From contig MU058000.1 of NCBI GenBank assembly GCA_013265495.1, positions 2,108,001 through 2,172,000 on the forward strand: DNA of 64,000 nt, in the 5' to 3' direction. Shown here piece after piece: positions 1 through 12,226 of this stretch. The position numbers and the translations under genes are program-made. Every line of letters begins with the position of its first letter. Positions within the stretch are counted from its first letter, which is position 1. The notes below the pieces were generated by a model. It worked only from the letters and a program-made list of their open reading frames with translations, did not search any database and was not told the DNA's origin. This DNA comes from Vicugna vicugna. Taxonomy: Eukaryota.

Positions 1-1419
1 TATTAATGAACAGAATTTTAAATATCAGCGGTTTCTAAAGATGTTCTTTAACTTAAAACTTTCAGTTAGAGTAAGCAGTCAAACAAAGCCCATTACAATT
101 ATCCAACCCTGTGTATCACCTTGCTCCATGATTTCTCATCAAAGGCTGAAGCGGTATCGAGGGTCGTGATTCATACCTTAGTTCTAGTGACGCTCCCCAA
201 GCAAATGCCAGATGAGCGATGCTCTTGGATAGCTTATATCTGCCTTCTTTCTTCAAAACCCAGAGTCATCAAGTATCTTGATTATGCTATAGACAGAAAA
301 AGGAACGTAGGAAAGGTCACCTTTATATACAGATGCCCTGTATTTGCTCACTATGTACTGCTTTGGACCAAGTATTGAATACTACAGTTGAATAGCCTTA
401 AATGAAGCTATTCAAATCAAGATATATTCTTAAAACTTAGATGGACACTTGATAATTTAAAAACCATTAATTCTGCTTTGAACACTGCAGGTGTACCCCA
501 AAAGTTGAATGTATTGAATATTTTAGTTGCTAAATTTTCTTAAACTTTTATGCATCTAGATTGGAAGTCTCAGTTATAGAATTAAACGTTGTCACTGGAA
601 GGGCATTGGCCAAATAAAGCATAAAGATGGATGCTATTACCATGAATGCTGGCCTGTTTCCTCCAGGCTGCAGTGAGCTTATTTTGAAGTTTAACAAGTT
701 ACAGAACTATTGAGTATTTAATCTGACTGTAATTTATCACATGACAACATATTGAGGCTGAAAAAAGTGATCAATTTTAAAGTTCTCCCTTAATATGTAA
801 GAAGGAGGTTGTACACCGGGCAAGTATGAATCAAAAGGTAATAAATGCCCTAGAAGATTTTAACAAGTGTAAATTGCTATATAAATATTAAATAAATTAC
901 ACAATATTTTTAGGTTCTGAAACATCGAATCACTTTGCGAAGGACTAAATGTCAAATAAATAATGCATGTTTATACATATTTCTTCTATGGACCATTATT
1001 ACAACTCTAGCAACACTGTTTGCTTTTAAAATTTTATATCCAGTGCATATTCGCTTTTGGAACTTACAACAGACAGCCTGATTTTGTTTCAAGCACCAAC
1101 CTTCACTTCTCCAGGGAACAGTTTGAAGCTTGAAGCTTCTGTAGTAACTGGTCACTTCCCTGCTTGGAGATACTGCTAAAGGAGTTGAGGGCCTTCCTGG
1201 AGGGTGAGGGTCTGGGAAAATAGTGCCCCTCAATATTTGTGTGTAGAAGGAATTTGGTTGAACTGAAGTTCAAAGGCAGCCTTAGAGATTAAAAATTCAT
1301 ATACTGACAATCTCTGTCCTGAGGGGGATATGTGGAAAGAAATGTGGAAGGAGGAAGATTGTCTTAGTAGGAAAGAGATTTTAGGCTGATAAGAATACAA
1401 AGATTATACCAGTAGTAGT

Positions 1420-1630
1420 TATTATTATCATTATCACTGAAATTTTGCATATTTACATTGTGACAAGTCTTAGAATAAATTATTTTATTTTTAAACCTCA
1501 CCCTCAGTGAGGTAGGTTTCTTCCCTCATGTTTATAGATGAGGAATTTGTCACTCAGAGCAGTGACACGGGGACATCACTGACTGACTACAATCACGTAG
1601 CAGGTGACTAGCAGGGGCTTTATGGTAACT
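1420..1630 (-). mobile_element. MIR SINE fragment
   Basis: Degenerate reverse-complement MIR core (tttatagatgaggaa...ctcagag); boundaries approximate. Confidence 0.6.
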
Positions 1631-2859
1631 CCCCACCCTCTCTCCTGAATGCTGGCCTGTGCCATGGCTTTTGAAACAGCCTGCCTTTCTGAATATTTTC
1701 AATGCCATAGATCTTGAGTGTCTTCCCCTGGTGCGCCCCCTGGAGTACACAGGAGGTTACTTCACTTACAGAGTCGCTGATGGGCACAGGGTGGCTGTTG
1801 GTCACTCAAGATACACTGGGATTATTTTTCTTTGCACCACTCTGGCTGAGCAAGCAATATGTTGCTACATTTCCAGGCTCGGATGTAGAGAGAGAGTGTT
1901 TGTTTGTTTCAGCTCGATCTGAGTGAACAACAGGGATAGGACCAGGTCTCTGCTAGTGTTGAGAATGAATGGACCTCAGAGAGCAGGGGCTTCAGAATGA
2001 GAAATGTCTTGAGAAAATGACCTGTTATCAGGAATGTGACTTTTTAGCAGGCACGAGGAAAGAATTCAGACTGGAAGCTAAAATGAATATCATGAAGGGA
2101 GAACGTGCATTTTCAAAATTTGTCAAAGGGAAATCATCAGAGATGTTCCTGAGGATGCACTAAAGGACTGGCTAGGATTTATACTCGAATTATCTAAGCC
2201 CCTAAGAAGACTAGCAAAACAAGACAGATCTGAGCAGGAAACCAAGTCAAGGTCTACTTGATTATTAAAGCTTCAGTCCACAGAGGACATTTCTGATGAA
2301 TAGAAATTATTTGAAGAGTCAATAAGGAATCATTTAAGTGGCCAGTTTCTAGAATTAGAGCATAGAGTCAAATTGCTTTGCTGCCCAGAAGCCCATATTC
2401 TGCATTTGGCAGCCTTGTTATAGAATTGAGCAAGAGGAAGTTCTTTATCCCCAGCTGGAGACTAGAAAGGGACTAAGTGATTTAGCTTTAGTGTAACAGG
2501 CGTCAGAGAGAGGCAGTTATGTCATTAAACATCTTGATGATAAATGAACTCAATTTCTTATTTTGGCATTCAGTAATCTGCAGATGCAAGCTCTTTGTCA
2601 ATAATACCTCTGAAATTTATGAACATTGTTTATAATTTTTATTACTAAATGGTCGTTTAGATGTTTGAATTTAAAGCCCTATTGGTAAATTTCACATGTA
2701 AAATCAAAAATAAAATGATTATTTCTATTATAAATCCTTTATTGTCAGGTTTTTGTCTTGCATTCTAAAACATAGTGTTTTTTTTTTATATCTTGGCCTA
2801 CTCTATCTCCATAACTAAATAATTAGTAATGTGAATTAGTAAAGTATGATAATGTTAAT

Positions 2860-2927
2860 AGAATGACAATAGCTCTCATTTGAGGATTTGATGAGAATGA
2901 CAATAGCTATCATTTGAGGATTTGATG
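2860..2927. repeat. 34-bp direct tandem duplication (2 copies, 1 mismatch)
   Basis: agaatgacaatagct(c/a)tcatttgaggatttgatg at 2860-2893 and 2894-2927. Confidence 0.95.
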
Positions 2928-2929
2928 AG

Positions 2930-3110
2930 TGTGATGAAAAGTGCCTCATATGATGCCATACCTAAGCCCCACAACAGTCTGTCTGGACAGTTGGCTTTAT
3001 TAGTCCCTGGAGAGACTCAGTAAACTTGTCCATGGTTGTAGGTGAGAAGAAAGCATACTAAGATGCAAACCTAGGCTGTGTGACTCAAAAGGCTCAGTCT
3101 TAACTGCTCG
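2930..3110 (-). mobile_element. MIR SINE fragment
   Basis: aaacttgtccatggtt...gatgcaaacctaggctgtgtgactcaaaaggctcagtcttaac resembles antisense MIR. Confidence 0.55.
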
Positions 3111-3439
3111 CAATATTACAAAATATAGATACATATCCTACCAATATAAAGTTCCTCATTGTCTTCTATTTCATTATGCAATAGTATGGAAAAAGTGAAG
3201 TGTTCCCTGGAGTTAGAGGGAAGACACTTCTGATTGCCAAGCTGTCTTGTCCTACCTACTCACAAAGACAATCTAAACTTTAGTTAAAATATTCCCATTA
3301 TCTCAGATAAAAAAAGAGGTAATCCATGGGTTTTTAATTCACTGTTTTTCATTTTGACATTTTGAATAAAAATGTCTTGCATTTTTTAAATTTCTATTTT
3401 TCTTTTTACTTGCAATTATGTTGAGTCTGCCCATAGGGT

Positions 3440-3588
3440 CTATCAAGATAATCTCCCATCTAAAGGTCCTTAACTTAATTTCTGCAAAGTTCCTTTGCCA
3501 TATAAAATAACATATTCACAGGTTCTGGGGATTAGAATGTGTTCATCTTGCAATGAAGTGGGGAGGTAAGCATTATTCAGCCTACCCT
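3440..3588 (-). mobile_element. MaLR LTR fragment (MLT1D-like 5' portion)
   Basis: Reverse complement reads ggtaggctgaataatg...ctaatccccagaacctgtgaatatgtt...tggcaaaggaactttgcaga, the MLT1 LTR start. Confidence 0.8.
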
Positions 3589-3979
3589 GATCTACTGTGA
3601 ATTTAATCTTACTCTAGCTATGCTTCGTGGATTTCACAAGTACTGATGTTTAAAGTTTGTTCATTTTCCTGCTATAGCCTCTGTTGGCCCTTCCAGCTAC
3701 AACACTACTGTGAATGAGTGATAGGATTTATTATGACAGGAATTCTTTGGTAAAAGGTCAACACTAATCCTGCAAACCATTGTGTTACCTCAATTCATTG
3801 TTAACAGTCAGAATATGCCCATGAAATGAGACATTTGAGCCTTCATGCTTTCTCTCCTTAGAAGTTAATCACTTCAGTAGTTTGATAACTCCTCTCCATA
3901 TTCCAAAGTCATACAAAAGTTTATGTTAACTAAACCAGGCAGCAAATTAGTAGGTGAAAGTGATCATTAATTTTAATTA

Positions 3980-4894
3980 ACATACAAATGGCCAATAGGC
4001 ACATGAGAAAATGCTCAATATCACTAATTATCAGAGAAATGCAAATCAAAACTACAATGAGGTATCACCTCACACCAGTCAGAATGGTCATCATTCAAAA
4101 GTCCACAAATAATAAATGCTGGAGAGGGTGTGGAGAAAAGGGAGCCCTCCTACACTGCTGGTTGGAATGTAATTTGGTGCAGCCATTATGGAAAACAGCA
4201 TGGGGATTCCTCAATAAACTAAAAATAGACTTATCATATGATCCAGCAGTCCCACTCCTGAGCATGTATCTGGAGGGAACTCTACTTTGAAAAGACACGT
4301 GAACCCCAATGTTCATAGCAGCACTATTTACAATAGCCAAGATATGGAAACAACCGAAATGTCCAGTGACAGATGACTGGATAAAGAAGTTGTAGTATAT
4401 TTATACAATGGAATACTACTCAGCCATGAAAAAGAATAAAATTATTCCATTTGCAGCAACATGATAGGCCTGGATACATTATTTTAAGTGAAGTAAGCCA
4501 GAAAGAGAAAAGAAAATACCATATGATATCACTCATATATGGAATCTGAATAAAAAAAAAGACAAATGAACTTATTTACAAAACAGAAACAGACACACAG
4601 ATATACAAAAAATAAGCTTATGGTTACCAGGGAGGAAAGGGGGCAGGAAGGGATAAATTGGAAGTTTGAGATTTGCAGATACTAACTACTATATATAAAA
4701 TAGATATACAAGTTTCTTCTGTATAGCACAAGGGAACTATATTCAATATCTTGTAGTAAACTACAATGAAAAAGCATATGAAAACAAATACATGTATGTA
4801 TATGTGTGGCTGAAACATTATGCTGTGTACCAGAAATTGACACAACATTGTTAACTGACTATACTTCAATTAAGAAAAGAGAATTAAAAAAAAA
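3980..4894 (+). mobile_element. 5'-truncated young LINE-1 (ORF2 C-terminus, 3'UTR, A-rich tail), camelid-type 3'UTR
   Basis: ORF 3988-4290 translates to the L1 ORF2p C-terminal Cys-rich region ([18 protein letters not shown]...[22 protein letters not shown]) with a premature stop; 3'UTR ends gacacaacattgttaactgactatacttcaat plus A-rich tail. Confidence 0.95.
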
Positions 4895-6164
4895 CAACTT
4901 AGGATATGCATTACATTCCATAACAAAATGTCTTTGAATACATATATTTCATGTACAGATTTTATTTCTAGAGAAGCATTAGTACCATTTGCTTTTCACT
5001 GTTTTTAATGCTCTTCATTTGCTGCACTTATGTATATACAAGTCTAGCATATGAGAAGTATAGATGTTTGTACTATTTTGGGGAGTGTTTGGCTGTTTAA
5101 TAGAGATATTTTAACACAGAGAACACTTGTTGATTACATTTAGAGTTATGTTTTCTTAAAACAATATGAAATAATATATTTATAAGTGTGTCCTGTGGGA
5201 ATTTGTTGTTACAGGTTGCCTACATGCATAAAGCTGTATGAAAGATATTGCGAGAAGAGGGTCTTCAAAAGTAAGTGGAAGCTTGTCACACGCATCCTTC
5301 TCTCCTTAAAAAGTAAGTTCCTCAGTGAGGGGGAGGATGAAGCAAAACTGGGATTACACAGACTACACTGAATTAGAGCATTGCAGTAACATTTAAAGTT
5401 ACCTCTAAGTGTGTGTTAATGATAGAGCTTTCCTTACCTGAGGACACCATTATAGGATAGCAGGAAAGTCAAGTGTCCTTAAACCCCATCCAATCAGCAT
5501 ATTTGATGGTAGACTATACTTTGCCGAGAATAGAGTCATTCAGTTTGACTTATTTTCAAGGCACTAAAAGCCCAAGGAGGAACAAAATGCAGAGTGGTAA
5601 AACAAGACAAAACTTGTTTTTATCAAAATGGGTCATAATTTTAAGTCAGAGTAAGGAATATCAAAACATAGATAAAGTCATTACTGAAGCTATATTTGTG
5701 GATAGTTTTTCCATTAAAGTGATCTGCACAGTTCTCAAGTTTAAGAGTCACTGATCTATGCAGTCAGAAGAGCAGAGAGTGGTCGGGGGATGGCAGGTGG
5801 TCCTGTCATCTTGATAGACTAGTAGAACTAAATTCCATGACTTCTCTCTTCTACGTTTTAAAGCAACATGGACTGCTGTCGCCGTGTGACCTGTACAATA
5901 CCGGATGCCAGCCTGTGGCAATCCCTGCGACACTGTGTGTGTGTGGTCCGATTTAGCTGTGCTTAGTCTGTTGTCTTGCTGCATTTGGACATGAGCTGTG
6001 TGAAATGGATACTTGCTACAATTCTTCACACAACTCAGAAGGGAAGCTCCTCTCAAGAAATCCTTTGGTAACAAAGAAGGGGTTATTTTATGCCTGAGTT
6101 GACTGCCTGAATGTAAACTGACTGAACAATTTGGGTTTTCCAGGAGATTCCTAATTTCCTGCAA

Positions 6165-6330
6165 GATTTTATTCAACAATTCAAAAGACTAATGGTGTGA
6201 ATCTACATGCTAGGTGGGCCCTAAGATCTGGTGACACCAAGTTGAATACAGCATGGCCCTTACACGTGACAAGTCTATATTCTGATTGGGAGAATAAATA
6301 TTTTTAATAAAGGTGATTTGCTAGTTGTGT
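6165..6330 (-). mobile_element. L2 LINE 3' fragment
   Basis: ttattcaacaa...ctacatgctagg...gatctggtgacacc...gaatacagcatggccct...tctatattctgattgggaga, degenerate antisense L2 end. Confidence 0.55.
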
Positions 6331-8489
6331 AATGAATAATGGCTTGATTTTATAAGATTACATTTATAAGATTTAATAAGATTAAATATTAAATACAATT
6401 TGTAAGATCTTATAAATATTTCACACGGAATAAATTTTTCAACCATATGTCCCAATTTGTGTTCAAAAAACAATTTTATCATACCAATCTTAAAATGGGT
6501 ATGTACTTTTTAGGAAAAAAATAATCAGTGCACTTAAGTGTTGGTTTCTTTAATTCCCAGCATAAATCTCTTTGTTTTTTGTTTTGTTTTGTTTTCAAAC
6601 TACTGTGATTGACTTTTGAATACTCTCATGGTCCCTCTAGTATCATTAATACCTTTCTTAGTTCCAGAAACTAATCATATAGAAGGAATTAAAAAAAAAT
6701 TTAGCCCAAATTATACAGTGGACTTTGGAGAAGGATATGTAATAATCCAAATCACAGATAATTGTTCAAAAAAATCTACATTTCATTCTGTCTGTGTTGC
6801 TTCAGCTTCAAAGCCTGGAAAGGAACCAAATTTTGATCCAGTCCAAATAAAGTTTTGCCAAACTCTAACCAGTTGGGAAAGACAAGCTTCCACATTTGTT
6901 TTTCTTGGGTCCTGTATAAATGTTTTCAAATTATGTTATTATTCATTGCTAATGAGCTAATTTTTCATTAGTACAGCTCCCCTTTCTTAATATAACACTT
7001 ATTCAGATATTATCCTGCTCAATTTTATTTTCCGAAGGCAGTTACTAACACACCATATAATTAAATAGATCCTAGTTTATTATTCTTAATAGGTTTACAT
7101 GTGCAGCTTTTTAACTGCTGGGTTCTTGACTATTTCTAGGGAAGTTAGCAGAAAGTTAAGAGTTTGGCTGTTATAGCTATTTTCATGTCTTGGGTATAAA
7201 GAGACTATTTTGGAAATGACTTGAGATTTTGTTGAGATTCTGGCACAAGGTACTTAATGGAATCATATATGATTTCAATAATTCCTTCCCAAATTAGAAG
7301 GACATTTCTTCCTCCATCCAGGTCTCTTACCTTAAATTCAATTTGGTTACAGATTTTTTTATGTTATTCATTTTGCCTCTCTCTCTCTATCAGAAGCATG
7401 ATGAATATATTTAGGTAAGTCTTGGTTTTTGAATTTTGGGACATAGTTATACAGATTTTGTAACTAACTTCCTTTAAGACAGTTTCTTGCTAAAGAATAT
7501 TGAAAACATGTATTTCTTAATGTAAGATTTTTCAATTACACCCAACTTTCACTTGAATTGTTATGATACCTGGGTGTTACAGAAATAATTCAGTTCACCA
7601 ACTAACATTATGAAAGTCACTTAAGTTCCTAGAGAAGTTATTAACACTATGTAGGTTAAAAATATGATTTAAGTTTAAAATATCCCAAATTATTTCAAAA
7701 TGCATTCCCTATTTTCAGGGTCTGGTATATAATAGTATCTGATAAATGCCTGTTTAATGAATGAGTATGTGTGGCAGAACCACTGAATACAAGAGATAAA
7801 GGTGTTAGGATTAACCATCACTACATTCAGAATGTGAACCCAGAAAGCAACTTCCTCTTTTGTGGGCATTTTCCCCCTTCTCTGCTTAAAATGAACCTGT
7901 ACCTATTAGATGACAGTTTCTCTCCATTCCTGCAAAGTGGGAGAGTATGAAGATTTCAAGAGCGGTTACTAGTATTACTTGCTCTGCCATGTGGAAGATA
8001 GTCTTCTGTGATTCAGTCACTTCACTCATCAAATTCCTAGCTTTGATTCCCTTGGACACTTGAAGGAATGGGATATAGGATATCCACACCTGGGAAAGGG
8101 CAGAGCAGTGTAACAGACAGCGCTTCTCTTTCATTCCTCCAGGATATCTGTCCACTGGTAGACAGTTTCTAGGTACAGGGGAAAGGGATAACAGTAAACA
8201 AACAAACAAACAGCTACTTAAGGAAGTGTCTGCAAAAAGGCAGACAGGAAAAGAGGATTCTAGGGGAGTGGCCATGACTCAAGACTGTTACCAGTCAAAA
8301 AGGAAGGACATTGGAAGTTACACATACAATATAACCAGGAAAACAAGGAAAGGATAAGATATTTCTGATGCTAAAAATGTTGCTCCACGAAGACCAAATA
8401 GGGTCCCAGGATTTATTCCTGTCATAGGAGATACTATGTTTTGTTGTCAGAAAGTTTCTCTTCTTTTATTTCTTTATTATCATCATCAT

Positions 8490-8760
8490 CATCATTATTA
8501 CTGTCCTAGGAGCTAAATTTTATTAAATTTCTATATGACAGGCACTGTGCTTAATTAATTTAATATATTCATACATGGCATCCTCAGAATGACTCTCTAC
8601 ATTATACTGTTATCCAAACATTACATATATATACACAAATAATGCAGATACATGCATATATTTGTTTTAAATTACTCAGTTATATAACACAGCCATAATA
8701 ACAACAGCCCAAATTTGGCCCTAGGTATATCCAAATCTATCCAAAGTTTGTCTTAACTAA
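8490..8760 (-). mobile_element. MIR SINE
   Basis: ctatatgacaggcactgtgcttaa...cctcagaatgactct...acagccata..cagcccaaatttggccctagg; degenerate antisense MIR. Confidence 0.55.
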
Positions 8761-10519
8761 TACAAAAATTGGGAGTAAACTGAATCTTCCATCAGAAACT
8801 TTTATTATATTAATAATGTCGACTTATATTTCCTTAAACTAGCTGTTCCAAAATACAGTCTATAATGAAAACAAAACAAAACAAAAAGATACAAAAAGAT
8901 TATTCAAATAAGCTTAGAAAAACCTGCATAAATATATTTCTTTTGGAGATTTATAATGCATTTTTATATACTAATGGTTATGAGAAATTTTGTAGTAAAC
9001 TAGTTTCACATTCTTTAATCCTTTTGTTGTGGTTATGTGGTCTTCCAACCTCTTGTGCCAAGTTCTGTAGTAAACAAACTTTTTAAATCTTCTTCAGTTT
9101 CTTTGTTAAGTCCAAATAGCCTTTAAACCTCTTGTGCCAAGTAACATCACAGACAAATTTCTTGGGAAACTCTTTAGGAATTTTACAGTAGTACCTAACA
9201 CAATTTCCAGACATAGTTTTCAAAACATGTTTATTGACTCAGTGAATGAATGAATAGTTCAGTTTTAGGAAATTATGGAAAAGCAATAGCTTTCCAGGAG
9301 AAAGCAAAAGTAAGTGTCTCTCTCTCTCACTTCCTCTCTTGCTTATGTTTTCTGGCCATAGTTTTCATAGTTCGCTTCAGTTCTAGTCCTCTTCTACAAA
9401 CGTGTGTTGATGGATTACCTTGGACAGCCTCACTTTCTTGACCCTCATGAGTAGTCCTATAAAAATGGACTCCACATGGGGATTTTAATTTGACACTCAT
9501 TAGAATAGGAAATGAAAAAAAAGGTAAAGCCTAGTAAGAAACTTGAGATTGTTCTAGCAAAATAAATCAAATGAGTGGAGTAGCCTTCTTTCCTTGATGC
9601 ACCATATGGAGGGGAGGACCCTGTCATCACCTAAGTGCCTTGTCAGAGCACAGGAGCCTGGCTCTGGGCCATTCCACCATGAACTACTTACAAATGGTGT
9701 AATTAAAATTCATGAACAAAGTGTTGCACTGCCTCCATATCCTGAAGCAATCAAAACTAAAATTTACTTTCTTATCACACCTTCTAGTAAAGCTGATTTT
9801 AAAGAAGCATTCCATTGAGAGTTATAAAGAGTGACTACTAAAGAGATAGACTTGAGTTAATTTATGGTAGGGTAACTTTTTTCTGATGGATTTTTTTTAA
9901 TTGAAATGTTTGTCTTAATAACATGGTTAATATTTTCTACAATTAAGAAGCTCATGTCTTTAAGACACTCAGCCCAAATGCTATTTGTCCATTCTGATGC
10001 ATTAAGAGGGCAGAAGACAGCTTTCCACCTCTCCACTTTCAGTTAGGTTCTATTCAGAACCAAAACAAAGCAAAACAAAATAAAATTCTGTGGTACAGAA
10101 CAGATAAAGGATAGTTCTATGATCTATTTTAAGGAACAAAATGATTCTTGCTCAGTTTGTAAGCTAACTATTAAAATTTTGCATTCAAAATTACTTCTCT
10201 CTAGTAAACATTCAGAAACTTTAATACAGTTCTTATATTTAGATAAGATCTTGTATGCACTTAATATTTAATAATATAGCTTTACTGATTACAAGACAAG
10301 GGGAACTAATTAGGTTATTTGAAATTCCTGAGTCCCTACAAATAATTTCTAAAAATATTGCCTCACCTCCTCACCATCCAACTGAGATCTGTACTGAATT
10401 TTTTTCTTTTAATTTTTTCATATAATTGTACATTTAACAGATTATATAAACCATTGCTCTTTTAAAAATAAAAAAAAATCAAACATCTATATACTTTCAA
10501 CATAGCTTTACCAGAAATT

Positions 10520-12110
10520 TCCAGGTGCCAAAGGTAACAGACCTTAGTCCCCTGACTTTCCCGCCATTGCACACTTTTTCTATATCCTCAGCATTATCTA
10601 GTTGGGTGTACTTTTGACATTTATAGATCAGAACTATACTTGATACACTTATTCTAAGACCTCTTTTATTTCAGTTTTACATATGAACTATTCACTCAAG
10701 TCACCATGTAGTACTCCAATGCCAATCAATTGGTTTTCTTTGGTTTTTCACTATTACAAATAGTACTGTCATACACATTTTTGTAAACATCTTCTGGTAC
10801 ACATGTGCAAGCGTTTCTCTAGGGAGTACACCTGGAAGTGGAATTGTCCAGACATTGGTTATGGATATCTTCAGATGTGCTAATAATTCCAGATTTTCTT
10901 CCAAAGTGTTTGTAACAATTTGCACAGAAACGAGAATGTTTTAAGTTTTGCCTGTAACTTTTATGTTTTTATTTCCTCCTGGAATGAGTTACTTTGTAGA
11001 GGGTAAGGTAAGAATCCAGTTTTGTATACTTCTCGTGAATAACAAATTGTTTCAAAATCACTTACTGATAATTCTTTACTCTTCCCACTGATTTGAAAAC
11101 TTAATGCTATGATACATCAAGTTTAGTTACGTGACTGCTCCTGTTCTAGGCTCTTAATCCTGTCTGATTTTTCTTTTAGTTTATCTATGCACATATACTA
11201 TCAGTTACTTATTGAGATATAATTTGCATAGCATGCAGTTCATTCATACAGAGTATAAAAGCCAGTGATTTTTAGCTTATTCATAGGATCATGAAACCAT
11301 TGCCGTGATCTATGAAATTATTAATTTACTTTGTGTAAATTTCCCTTTTGCCTGCATTTCATATCAACGGAATCATAATATGTGGTCTTTTATGTCAGGC
11401 TTCTTGCACTTAGGATAGGGTATTCAAGGTTGATCCATGTGTTAGCATTCATTTTATTGCTGAATAATAATAATGTGCATGTATTGCCTTTTATTTATTC
11501 ATTCATCAATTGGTAGACATTTGTGTTGTTTCTCTTTCTGGTGACCCTGAATAATTCTGCAGTGAACATTCATTTACAAGTTTTTGTGTGGACATTTATC
11601 TTGGATACATAACTAGGAATTGAATTCCTAAGTCACAGGGCAATTCTATGTTTAACTTTTTAAAGAATCTCCAAACTGTGTTTCCAAAATGACTGTTCTG
11701 CTTTGCTCACCAGCAGTGTATGATGGTACTGTTTTCTCTAATTACTGTAATTTCATGATGTACTTTGTTTTTCTGGCAGCAAAATCCTCCCAGATTGTTC
11801 TTCTTTAGAATTACCTTGGCAATTCTTGAAATTTTGCTGTTAAACCTAAGTTTTAGAATTAGCTTTACAGGTCCCACTAGAATTCTCACAGACATTTTGA
11901 CTAGAATTGGGTTAGAGGTTATTTTGGTAGGAGGAACATCATTATCATATTAAATTTTCAAATTCTTAAAGATACTGTATCTCTTAGGGTGTTTGTTCTT
12001 TAGTTACCATAGAGTTCTACAGATGTTTCAGTGGTTAATTTGTGTCTATTGTGGGATTCATTCCTAATGCATTTTATTATATTTTATTTAAGTGATTTAT
12101 TTTTAAATTA
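10520..12110 (-). mobile_element. Old LINE-1 (L1ME/L1M-like) fragments, interrupted at ~11190-11720
   Basis: Antisense L1 3'/ORF2 motifs (ctagggagtacacctggaagtggaattgt; minus-strand translation RIAKVILKKNNLGG at 11707-11895). Confidence 0.75.
11190..11720 (-). mobile_element. LINE-1 3' end (L1MB-like) nested in the older L1
   Basis: ttattgagatataatt...ggaatcataatatgtggtctttt...ggcttcttgcacttagg...tcaaggttgatccatgt...ccagcagtgtatga, an antisense L1 3'UTR. Confidence 0.75.
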
Positions 12111-12191
12111 TGTTTGTATATTTGACAAATCTACAAACAGTACTTATATTGTACCAGGCACTGTTCTAAGTGGCGAACCAACATATGAATA

Positions 12192-12194
<3 letters not shown>

Positions 12195-12225
<31 letters not shown>
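12195..12225. repeat. (GT)15 microsatellite within a MIR remnant
   Basis: Direct observation. Confidence 0.95.

Positions 12226-12226
<1 letters not shown>

Noticed and set aside
3988..4290. 100-aa ORF as a gene
   Set aside because: Truncated L1 ORF2 C-terminal remnant with a premature stop
5748..6179. 143-aa minus-strand ORF
   Set aside because: Non-ATG start, no recognisable domain, length compatible with chance
6350..6420. Repeated TAAGAT units
   Set aside because: Low-complexity AT-rich degenerate tandem repeat
9047..9142. 17-bp direct repeat aacctcttgtgccaagt, 79 bp apart
   Set aside because: Only two copies; most simply an old local duplication, not a CRISPR-like array
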